The position numbers and the translations under genes were made by a program. From positions 1 to 39,339 of IMG/VR virus record IMGVR_UViG_3300048837_000792: DNA of 39,339 bases; one strand, 5' to 3'. Shown in pieces: positions 1 through 7,131 of the stretch (its first letter is position 1; every line of letters begins with the position of its first letter). The notes under the pieces are model-generated. The model saw only the letters and a program-made list of their open reading frames with translations. It searched no databases and was not told the origin of the DNA. The DNA comes from a virus. Taxonomy: Duplodnaviria; Caudoviricetes.

Positions 1-1008
1 GTATCTCCGTCTGAGGTTTCAAGTGAAAGTTCTTCTGTTAGTCCATCTAATTCGCCTAGTTTAAGCCCCTCTAGTAGCGTATCTCCGTCTTTATCGCCTA
101 GTTCCTCTGTAAGTTCTTCTTTAAGCCCTAGTTCGTCAAAAAGCCCTTCTTCAAGTGTCTCGCCATCTTTATCTCCTTCTTCAAGCCAGAGTCCTAGTAT
201 CTCTCCTAGTAGTTCTAAAAGTCCGTCATCATCTGTTAGTCCAAGTAGAAGCCCGAGTAATAGCCCGTCTATAAGTCCTAGTTCTAGTGTCAGCCCATCT
301 AATAGTCCCTCAAGCAGTCCTAGTCTCTCGCCTTCCTCAAGCGTATCTCCCTCACAAAGCCCAAGTATTAGTCAGAGCTTAAGTCCCTCTTCTAGTGTTT
401 CTCCTTCAGTTAGCCCGTCGGCAAGTCCTTCGGTGTCTCCAAGTTCGAGTGTAAGCCCAAGTGTGAGTCCAAGTAGGTCTCCGAGCATCTCTCCTTCCAG
501 CTCAATTAGTCCAAGTATAAGCCCGAGTATTTCTCCATCAAATAGCCCCAGTAGTTCAGTCAGCCCGAGTCAGTCTCCCTCTCTGAGTCCGAGTGTGAGT
601 CCGTCCTCATCGGTAAGTCCATCTGAGAGCCCCTCGAAGTCTCCATCAGTAAGCCCGAGTAGTTCAATAAGTCCAAGCGTTAGTCCCTCGGCAAGTCCGT
701 CTCTGAGTCCCTCAAGTAGTAAGAGCCCGTCTGTTAGTCCCTCAGTCTCTCCTTCAGTTAGTCCAAGTTCCTCAGAGAGTCCAAGCACTTCGCCCAGTCC
801 GAGTCCCAGTGCTTCTGAGAGCCCCAGTACTTCGCCAAGCCCTAGCCCGAGTAGTAGTGAGTCGGCTTCCAATAGCCCGAGCCCCTCACTTCCATTTGAT
901 ACAGAGTATTCAAAGCTGTGTCTATTCAGGGGTGAAAACGGAGTTATCAGTGTTGGTTATTACGTCCAGATGGTTGGCCACATGCCATTTTACGTCAAGG
1001 TTTCCTAA
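1..1008 (+). CDS. Ser/Pro-rich mucin-like protein, 5'-truncated (probable virion or surface protein)
   Basis: Frame 1 is open from base 1 (VSPSEVSSESSSVSPSN...), so the gene starts upstream of the window rather than at 433. About 296 codons of x-S-P-S repeats are followed by a short unique C-terminus and TAA at 1006-1008. Confidence 0.8.
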   Translation, partial: VSPSEVSSESSSVSPSNSPSLSPSSSVSPSLSPSSSVSSSLSPSSSKSPSSSVSPSLSPSSSQSPSISPSSSKSPSSSVSPSRSPSNSPSISPSSSVSPSNSPSSSPSLSPSSSVSPSQSPSISQSLSPSSSVSPSVSPSASPSVSPSSSVSPSVSPSRSPSISPSSSISPSISPSISPSNSPSSSVSPSQSPSLSPSVSPSSSVSPSESPSKSPSVSPSSSISPSVSPSASPSLSPSSSKSPSVSPSVSPSVSPSSSESPSTSPSPSPSASESPSTSPSPSPSSSESASNSPSPSLPFDTEYSKLCLFRGENGVISVGYYVQMVGHMPFYVKVS

Positions 1009-1181
1009 TCCACCAGCAACTCCAGCATTTCTTTAATCGTTCTGGTGCGCTCGGTTGCTACAGTTTCAATGACGAATTGCGACACCTCTTTTCTCAGCTC
1101 AATGTCTCCATCGGATTCAATATCCCACGGAGAAAAGAACTCGGCTAATTTAATTTCAAGTTGTATATCTCTGTCTGTCAT
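1005..1181 (-). CDS. small hypothetical protein (58 aa, MTDRDIQLEIKLAEFFSPW...ELLVD)
   Basis: Translated by hand and absent from the ORF track. ATGA overlap with the stop of 1178..1585; AAAGGAG RBS upstream. Confidence 0.65.
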   Translation of the reverse strand: MTDRDIQLEIKLAEFFSPWDIESDGDIELRKEVSQFVIETVATERTRTIKEMLELLVD

Positions 1182-1585
1182 TCTGCTTCTCCTTTGAGTA
1201 GGGATTGAATAGCCGTATGTACTTCAATCAGCGTCACTGTTTCCCATTCTTCAATTTCGCCATCAGTAAAGTCACCATCTTCTCTGACTAATTGGTGTGT
1301 TAGTTTTGCTGCAATTTCTGTCCTCTGTTCATCTAATACTTCCTCAATAAAATCCCAAAAGTCAGCCTCTGATGGTTCTGCGCCCCATTCCTTAATTAAC
1401 CATCTACCATCGTCCATGTGTACAAATCTTTCCTTAAATCTGAGTTTCCAATTGGTTTTAGTCTGTGGTTCATTCTGCTCAGTCTGTGGTGTGTCGTTTG
1501 TGGTTGTATGTGATTCATCTAAGTGTGGTTTTCCGCACATACAGTAATCTCCAAGATTCCCTTTTTTATATGTGTGTGGAGTCAT
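1178..1585 (-). CDS. hypothetical protein with N-terminal His/Cys motif
   Basis: ATGA-coupled to its neighbours, GAGGAG RBS, H...CMCG...H motif. Confidence 0.7.
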   Translation of the reverse strand: MTPHTYKKGNLGDYCMCGKPHLDESHTTTNDTPQTEQNEPQTKTNWKLRFKERFVHMDDGRWLIKEWGAEPSEADFWDFIEEVLDEQRTEIAAKLTHQLVREDGDFTDGEIEEWETVTLIEVHTAIQSLLKGEAE

Positions 1586-1872
1586 AGCTCTCCTCTTTCG
1601 TATTCTTGAAGTACTTGGGGTTCTTTTACTTTCACTATTGGAAGTCCATCAGCCGCTACATTCCCCAAGTTGTATTTTTGACGATTGTTTACGAACTCCC
1701 CATTACGTTGAGACATGACTGATTTTTCAGTTACTTCCATCACAAATGATCGCTTCTCATCGACACGTTTTATTCCCTCATCAAAGTGTTCTTGGCAAAA
1801 CATAAAACCTCGGTATTCATAGGTTTCAGAGTCATCAAAATAATCTTTGCAAATCTGGCATTTGTTAGTCAT
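1582..1872 (-). CDS. small zinc-finger protein
   Basis: CQIC-x19-CQEH motif; coupled to neighbours. Confidence 0.7.
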   Translation of the reverse strand: MTNKCQICKDYFDDSETYEYRGFMFCQEHFDEGIKRVDEKRSFVMEVTEKSVMSQRNGEFVNNRQKYNLGNVAADGLPIVKVKEPQVLQEYERGEL

Positions 1873-2048
1873 AACCCCCCCTCAGCCATTAGTAGGCTAA
1901 TTCCTAATACTACGCTTCCTACAATCGCCAGACCCAAAATCCACAGTCCCGTAGGGTCATCGTCATCTACACCCTCACAGTGTTCCTTGCACTCTGAACA
2001 GATCAGTTGGTCAGGGTCAGTGGGTGCGCTACAACAGTTGCTTGTCAT
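1869..2048 (-). CDS. small Zn-ribbon plus transmembrane protein (59 aa)
   Basis: Hand translation MTSNCCSAPTDPDQLICSECKEHCEG...LWILGLAIVGSVVLGISLLM. ATGA overlaps at both ends; GGAG RBS. Confidence 0.7.
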   Translation of the reverse strand: MTSNCCSAPTDPDQLICSECKEHCEGVDDDDPTGLWILGLAIVGSVVLGISLLMAEGGL

Positions 2049-2317
2049 AATTCTTTCTCCTGCTGGTTTGATAGGGATTTTCTCTCTACTACTATGGATT
2101 CAAGCACTCTGTCTTTCGCATGTACGCCCTCTCCATTATAAAGACGAAGATTGCCAGTCCACCAATCTCGCTCCCTCTCCTCTGCTCGCTGTTCCACTTT
2201 GGCGATTAGGTCCAAGAGTTCTTTTTTAGTGTCTTTGTGTCCAAGGCACACCCTACTAGCACAGCAGAGGTTTATTCCCATGAAAATATGATCCTGCTCT
2301 TGTTTGTTTTGTTTCAT
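2045..2317 (-). CDS. hypothetical protein
   Basis: ORF in the coupled minus-strand operon, GAGGG RBS. Confidence 0.6.
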   Translation of the reverse strand: MKQNKQEQDHIFMGINLCCASRVCLGHKDTKKELLDLIAKVEQRAEERERDWWTGNLRLYNGEGVHAKDRVLESIVVERKSLSNQQEKEL

Positions 2318-2427
2318 AATTCCCTCTCATATCTATCAATCATCTGCTTCAAGGTCAGCAGCACCAGAGTAATTATTACTACTATTCCTAAGACCACGCC
2401 AAAGTAAAATCCGATTGTAAAGGTCAT
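2314..2427 (-). CDS. small membrane protein (37 aa, MTFTIGFYFGVVLGIVVIITLVLLTLKQ...)
   Basis: Hand translation; starts right after the TAA of 2428..3531 and ends in an ATGA overlap; one TM helix. Confidence 0.55.
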   Translation of the reverse strand: MTFTIGFYFGVVLGIVVIITLVLLTLKQMIDRYEREL

Positions 2428-3531
2428 TTATGCCTCAATCTTCATGTTTTGGTACTCCGCCTCAGTCATGCTAAATTTCCAAGCCATACAACCATCTGCA
2501 CTGCCTAATTTACCCACCTCTGGGTCAATACCCGAAGCGTAAACCCTGCCCGTAGACGGACAACTGTATTTTAGGTAATAGGCATCTGTTTGAAAAATAT
2601 CCTTGAGCAAGTAGAGTTCGTTACCTCTTTTGGACTTGTCAATTAGCTTTGAATTGGCGGTCTTGAACAGCCTCTCAACTCCAACCAACTTTAGGGCTAC
2701 CATTCTTTGCTCCATGTTTTCAATGGTTAGGATAGTTTCAATTCTGGTCTGCTTGCCAGTTACTTTTTTCCATAGCTTCTCATCAAACCTGATTCCGTGA
2801 ATGAGATAATATCCCACACCGTCACGCCACTCGATTGCTTTGCCAGTAATACTATGTAATTTGCCACTCTCATCTCTGTCTAGTGTTTTAGGATGTTCGA
2901 CTAGCCAGCACTCATTCTCGTAGAAAGCACATCCAGTGACATTCTCAGATAATTTTAATAACCAAACAATTTTATTCTTTTCAAAGTATTTGTGGAAGAA
3001 TCCGTAGAAAGACCAACCATCTGCGTTATAGTAACTCCAGACTGAATTCCAGACTGAACTCCTGACTGAACTCTCGACTGAACTCCTGACTGAACTCCAG
3101 ACTGAACTCTCGACTGAACTCCTGACTGAACTCCAGACTGAACTCCAGACTGAACTCTCGACTGAACTCCAGACTGAATTCCAGACTGAACTCCAGACTG
3201 AATTCCAGACTGAACTCCTGACTGAACTCTCGACTGAACTCCTGACTGAACTCCAGACTGAACTCTCGACTGAACTCCCGACTGAATTCCCGACTGAATC
3301 AGCCTTATACGCACACATAGCTTCTGGAGATTTGAACCATCTTATTTTCTTAGGTAGTTTAGTACCGCTAATTTTATAAGCGTTGATAGCGTATTTCTCC
3401 ACTTCTCTTCTGTTAGTCTTTTCTGTTGAGAGAAACTTTTTAATCTGCTCATTAGCATATTTTTCTGCCTCTACTAATTGTTCGGGAGTTAGCTCGGTTT
3501 GTTCTCTGGTTATTCTAAGTGATTTTTTCAT
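2428..3531 (-). CDS. DUF6745-like protein with internal S-V-x-S/N tetrapeptide repeats
   Basis: Architecture AY...G...P..I.W..SP, then repeat tract, then GKLHS.TG.AIEW.DG...Y..HG and IENMEQR...Y..LKY.CPSTGR.Y. Confidence 0.75.
   Translation of the reverse strand: MKKSLRITREQTELTPEQLVEAEKYANEQIKKFLSTEKTNRREVEKYAINAYKISGTKLPKKIRWFKSPEAMCAYKADSVGNSVGSSVESSVWSSVRSSVESSVRSSVWNSVWSSVWNSVWSSVESSVWSSVWSSVRSSVESSVWSSVRSSVESSVRSSVWNSVWSYYNADGWSFYGFFHKYFEKNKIVWLLKLSENVTGCAFYENECWLVEHPKTLDRDESGKLHSITGKAIEWRDGVGYYLIHGIRFDEKLWKKVTGKQTRIETILTIENMEQRMVALKLVGVERLFKTANSKLIDKSKRGNELYLLKDIFQTDAYYLKYSCPSTGRVYASGIDPEVGKLGSADGCMAWKFSMTEAEYQNMKIEA
3034..3297 (-). repeat. 22 x 12-bp coding tandem repeat, TCAGTC(TGG/GAG/AGG/GGG)A(G/A)T
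   Basis: Counted directly; encodes SVWS/SVES/SVRS/SVWN/SVGN/SVGS units. Confidence 0.95.
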
Positions 3532-3830
3532 TAGTCCTTTACTGCGTTAATTGTTTCCTCGATATAATCAAACTCTCGCTCTGGTATGACCACATATACC
3601 CCAGAATTAAACTCAATGGTGTCGTGTTCTGGGTGTACCAATTTAGCAGTTCCTTTGACCTCGAACTTAGTTTTATCACCAACTATTGTTGAATTGACAC
3701 CTGCGACAAGCACATGGTTGTGTCCAGTCTGCTCGCCCTCGGCTACAGTTAGTTGTTTCTGGGTTTTGCCAGTTACTTTGTCATTGGTTCTCTCAACCCT
3801 GAAATCACCTTGTCTAATATTTTTTGTCAT
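3531..3830 (-). CDS. conserved small phage protein (RQGD...GE.TGH.H...HPEH), usual partner of DUF6745-type genes
   Basis: Motifs RQGD, EGEQTGHNH, LVHPEH, G.Y.V...REFD. Start moved to the ATG at 3830, which has an AAGGA RBS. Confidence 0.75.
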   Translation of the reverse strand: MTKNIRQGDFRVERTNDKVTGKTQKQLTVAEGEQTGHNHVLVAGVNSTIVGDKTKFEVKGTAKLVHPEHDTIEFNSGVYVVIPEREFDYIEETINAVKD

Positions 3831-3890
3831 TTCTGTCCTTTCTTTAATTAATCCCTCATTCCAAGCCCTATAAAGAGCCTGGATCAAAGA

Positions 3891-4070
3891 TTAAAGATTG
3901 ACTTCTCTATTTAATCGCTCGACTTTTCGGTTAAGCTCCTTTGTCAAGTCAATGATCGCCATTAAGCGACCAGTGGCTTTATTCATGTTTGGTTCAGCCA
4001 TTTTGTTGCCATCAGTTTCTTCTGGCATCGGCTCAATTAGTGGTTGCAGCTTTTCTTCTAAGAAACCCAT
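3891..4070 (-). CDS. small coiled-coil hypothetical protein (59 aa, MGFLEEKLQPLIEP...)
   Basis: Hand translation; AGGA RBS; fills the gap in the operon. Confidence 0.5.
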   Translation of the reverse strand: MGFLEEKLQPLIEPMPEETDGNKMAEPNMNKATGRLMAIIDLTKELNRKVERLNREVNL

Positions 4071-4128
4071 TTGATTTTTCCTACAAAAGATAGTTTTCTA
4101 AAAACTTGTTTTTTATGTTGCTGTAAGT

Positions 4129-4362
4129 TCATAATTCCCCACCTTTCATCTGAGCTAACTTCGCTCTGAGTTCGGCACGGAATGGTGACATATCTACGCC
4201 ATCAATATACAGCGGCATTTCATCCATCCAATCCAGAACTTCCTCAATAACGGCTTTTCTCTGCTCCTCTAGGGCAGTGGCGAGGAAGTTTTTAACTTCT
4301 GCAACAGCAGCTTTATAATCAAGAACTTGTGGTAAAAAAGTTAGGTCTTTAGCTCTTTTCAT
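4129..4362 (-). CDS. hypothetical protein
   Basis: ORF; likely start MKRAKD at 4362 with AAAGGAG RBS. Confidence 0.6.
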   Translation of the reverse strand: MKRAKDLTFLPQVLDYKAAVAEVKNFLATALEEQRKAVIEEVLDWMDEMPLYIDGVDMSPFRAELRAKLAQMKGGEL

Positions 4363-4543
4363 GTTGTCTCCTTTTGAACTCGGCATCTATGGCTCTTAAA
4401 AAACCTGGGTCTTGTTGCTCATATTTCTTAGCTTTTAATCTGAGCTGAGCAAGCTCTATTACGGTCATTTCTTTTAATACTGGGTAGTTTTCCATCTCCG
4501 CTGATAGCTGTGGTTTGTTCTGTTTCTCATCTCTGTTATTCAT
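4349..4543 (-). CDS. hypothetical protein
   Basis: ORF with AGAGGA RBS. Confidence 0.6.
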   Translation of the reverse strand: MNNRDEKQNKPQLSAEMENYPVLKEMTVIELAQLRLKAKKYEQQDPGFLRAIDAEFKRRQHEKS

Positions 4544-4693
4544 AGTTCCTCTTTAACGATTTTATAACCGTTGTTTTTTAGTAGCCCACCAAGGGCGAGT
4601 AAGAACGCCCACTCTCTCAGTCTGCCTCTAGCCACTAGTTCCTTTGATTAAGTACTTAGTGCAGGAGATAAATAAGTCGTCACTTATTTATTG

Positions 4694-4786
4694 TGTCACT
4701 GTAGGAGACTCGAACTCCTGTCTGCAACCTAGAAGCTAATTAGACTTCGTTTCAGTTGCTATCCTGACCCCTAGACGAACGGTCAC
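4694..4786 (-). ncRNA. tRNA-like RNA (atypical or pseudo tRNA) with enlarged anticodon arm
   Basis: Minus strand reads G-TGACCGT TC GTC-TAGGGGTCAG-GAT A GCAAC-[26 nt]-GTTGC AGAC AGGAG-TTCGAGT-CTCCT ACAGTGA-C. D and T arms are canonical, the acceptor stem has two mismatches, CCA is not encoded and the isotype cannot be assigned. Confidence 0.7.
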
Positions 4787-4820
4787 TCCTGCATTAAATA
4801 CTCAATATCCTTTCTTACTG

Positions 4821-4970
4821 TCATTTGTCTGTGTCTAGGGGTTTCTCACTTCGATGTAGAACAACGTCATATTCAAGCCCGTTACCATCTTTGGAAGGGC
4901 GGATGTTTTCAATAAAGCCGATGGTTCTCTCCTCTAAGATATCTCTTAATTCTTCAAAAGTTATGTTCAT
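4821..4970 (-). CDS. small hypothetical protein (49 aa, MNITFEELRDILEERTIG...)
   Basis: Hand translation; ATGA overlap and AAAGGA RBS. Confidence 0.5.
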   Translation of the reverse strand: MNITFEELRDILEERTIGFIENIRPSKDGNGLEYDVVLHRSEKPLDTDK

Positions 4971-5087
4971 CTTATTCCTTTTCTGCTAATTTCTCTCGCA
5001 TCTCTGTTATTCATTTGTTCCTCTCGGTGTTTCTTAGCCATTAGGTTGTGAAATTCGTCTGTCATTTTGCTTCCTTTTCTTAAAATC

Positions 5088-5264
5088 TTATATTGTTTTA
5101 ATAGGCTTGATGCCTTCTTTTTCGTTTTCTTCCAACAATTCTCTCTTTTTAGTGCCCTGAGATCGAACCCACTTGAAATACGCACTACCTTTTTTCTTGT
5201 TAGTTTCGCCACCCTTCTTACCAATGTTGGAATAGTGTTTTCTTACTTCTTCTGAAACTTCCAT
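5088..5264 (-). CDS. small basic protein with KGG-type motif (58 aa)
   Basis: Hand translation MEVSEEVRKHYSNIGKKGGETNKKKGSAYFKWVRSQG...; AGAAGGA RBS; own promoter upstream. Better supported than the overlapping ORF-track calls. Confidence 0.65.
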   Translation of the reverse strand: MEVSEEVRKHYSNIGKKGGETNKKKGSAYFKWVRSQGTKKRELLEENEKEGIKPIKTI

Positions 5265-5301
5265 GTTGTCCTTCTGTTTAACCTGTTTAACTACTTATCA
5301 T

Positions 5302-5330
5302 AGTCTATCATTAAACAGACAGTTTGTCAA
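5302..5330 (-). promoter_or_regulatory. sigma70-type promoter
   Basis: TTGACA-N17-TAGACT with TGn extension. Confidence 0.7.
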
Positions 5331-5757
5331 TCATTGAAAGTAATTCTTGGAGGATTTCTCGCTTTTGTAAATCAGTTACACGCTCTCTGTCAAAACGATT
5401 TGATTTGAGGCTTAAATATTGTATTCGCTCTTCTCCTATTTTTTTGAGAATGGCTAGTGTAAATGGCGTAGGGTTTGATCCGAAGTTTCTATTACTGTGC
5501 TCCCAGTTACAACCAGAGCATTGTGGGAATAAGTTGAGAAGATCCCATCTAAGAGTGAAATACTGGCGGCTAACATAGTGACCAACCTGACACCCCTTAG
5601 GGCTTTTTGTTGGATGAAACCAGCCGTGCTGCTGACCGCAAACAAAGCAGGTGGGATTGTTGCCATACAAAAGCTTGAAGTAATCTCGTACCGCCTGATC
5701 AAGAACCTTGGTGAGTTTCTTCCCCTTCAATAATTTTTCCTTCTTCGGTTTTGGCAT
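5311..5757 (-). CDS. ninG: NinG/Rap-family recombination endonuclease
   Basis: CFVCG...VGHYVSR...LRWD..N.FPQCSGCN; probable start MPKPKK at 5757 with GGGAG RBS. Confidence 0.8.
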   Translation of the reverse strand: MPKPKKEKLLKGKKLTKVLDQAVRDYFKLLYGNNPTCFVCGQQHGWFHPTKSPKGCQVGHYVSRQYFTLRWDLLNLFPQCSGCNWEHSNRNFGSNPTPFTLAILKKIGEERIQYLSLKSNRFDRERVTDLQKREILQELLSMIDKLSV

Positions 5758-6322
5758 AGACTCCCAGATCATTCAAAATAGTCACATTTGAGTAGTAATT
5801 AATATACCACCTATTAGACTCCTGAGAGAAATAGACTTCTGGTCTGCCTTCCCTTGAAGTTTTCTCTTTAACTTCGCGCACAAACTCGTTGTGTCTGAGG
5901 TGTTGCAGGTCTTCAATCTGGGTTATTGCGTCTTCTCTGCTCATTCCTTTAAGCAAAGGGATCATCATTGAGAGCCGCCCGACATTCATTTTAGCAACAT
6001 CTTCTATAGGAAGTTTGAGGGTGTCAATGTAAAAATCGTATGTGCGGATATAAAGGTAGGCAGACTCCCTGGAAAATGAAAGCTCGTCGGAGGCTAGAAA
6101 CTGACTGAAGCTATCGTAGTCGAGAGTTTCATACAGCTTCTCGTCACGAAACTTCTTGAGCAGAGCCCCAATAATCAGGAACAAGCCGTCGCTGCTCTTC
6201 TTAGCCTTGATAAGTAGTTTCCACCCCTCAAAAGCCTGGTCTTCTTTCGAAAGGGTGGTGTCTACAGTAAAGCTATCAAAAATATTAACTGTTGGTGAAT
6301 ACTTCTCTAAAAAGTCTGTCAT
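5699..6322 (-). CDS. hypothetical protein, possibly DNA-binding
   Basis: G.LL...RD.KLY...Y.SF..F...EL.FSR..AY.YI pattern, seen in phage nucleoid/ParB-associated proteins. Confidence 0.6.
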   Translation of the reverse strand: MTDFLEKYSPTVNIFDSFTVDTTLSKEDQAFEGWKLLIKAKKSSDGLFLIIGALLKKFRDEKLYETLDYDSFSQFLASDELSFSRESAYLYIRTYDFYIDTLKLPIEDVAKMNVGRLSMMIPLLKGMSREDAITQIEDLQHLRHNEFVREVKEKTSREGRPEVYFSQESNRWYINYYSNVTILNDLGVYAKTEEGKIIEGEETHQGS

Positions 6323-6856
6323 TTAGAAATTTGGATCTTCTACTACTACACCTTCTGTTTCAAGCGAGCTAAACATCATTTTGTCTAGGTCTTCGTAGCT
6401 CAGTTCTTGTTGATCTTTAATTTCTTTAGAAACAGGTTTTGGCGGTGCGGCGACACAAGAATACTTGGTTTTCATTCCAGAACCAGTCTTGCCGACTTTG
6501 ACATCGTAGGTTTGAGCGTCACCATAATCAGGATCTTGGTCGTATTCCCATAAGGACTTGATAATGGTGGCTTTGTCTGTTTCAAAAATCTCAAACTGTT
6601 CTGAGTCATAGTTGTAAACCACACAAGCTAGAAACTGCTTAACCTTGCTTGGTGAGTTGGTGTTTTTGTCGATTCCAATGGCGCTCACGGGCATTTCTTC
6701 GGAATCTCTAACCCTTGTTACCTCGCCATCTTTCCAGACGCTTTTTCCCACTACAAAATCAGTCATACAGCGCAATCTAACTGTTTGACCAGACTCTAGG
6801 TTCTGCATCGTATACCTGCTACCAGTTTGGGGCGTGAAATCTTTGGGCAATGCCAT
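6323..6856 (-). CDS. putative single-stranded DNA-binding protein
   Basis: Beta-rich, YDVKVGKTGSGMKTKY motif, acidic C-terminal tail ending in F, located next to the helicase. Confidence 0.55.
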   Translation of the reverse strand: MALPKDFTPQTGSRYTMQNLESGQTVRLRCMTDFVVGKSVWKDGEVTRVRDSEEMPVSAIGIDKNTNSPSKVKQFLACVVYNYDSEQFEIFETDKATIIKSLWEYDQDPDYGDAQTYDVKVGKTGSGMKTKYSCVAAPPKPVSKEIKDQQELSYEDLDKMMFSSLETEGVVVEDPNF

Positions 6857-6939
6857 GACTTCCTTTCATTTACTATTTACTATTGCCTCATGCCTACTTT
6901 GGCTGATTGGCTCTTGTAGCTGTAATCATTGCACAGGTA

Positions 6940-7131
6940 TCATAGATTATCAATAAGCAAATTAATAAACTCATCTCTCTCGATCTCTTTAGCGCACAGA
7001 GCTACCTCGAGGGCAAACCAAGCCTTTTCAAACTGGGGGTGTTTTGGAAAGCTAAACATCCATTCCCTAATCTCAAGTATGGAGCTGTCTAGCTCCTTTG
7101 CCGTGAGGGAGTAGTAGTTTTTTACGGTCAT
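6940..7131 (-). CDS. hypothetical protein
   Basis: TAATG-coupled to the helicase stop. Confidence 0.6.
   Translation of the reverse strand: MTVKNYYSLTAKELDSSILEIREWMFSFPKHPQFEKAWFALEVALCAKEIERDEFINLLIDNL

Noticed and set aside
570-1036. ORFs 570..872(-) and 809..1036(+)
   Set aside because: Shadow frames of the Ser/Pro repeat gene.
2955-3314. QSGV-repeat ORF, and the 12-bp array as a CRISPR or DGR variable region
   Set aside because: It is an alternate frame of the coding repeat. There are no spacers, cas genes, reverse transcriptase or template repeat.
4752-4762. tRNA-like RNA segment UAGCAACUGAA could pair with the initiator leader (9299-9310) as an antisense regulator
   Set aside because: Only 11 bp with a bulge, and partly buried in the anticodon stem; not distinguishable from chance without covariation data.
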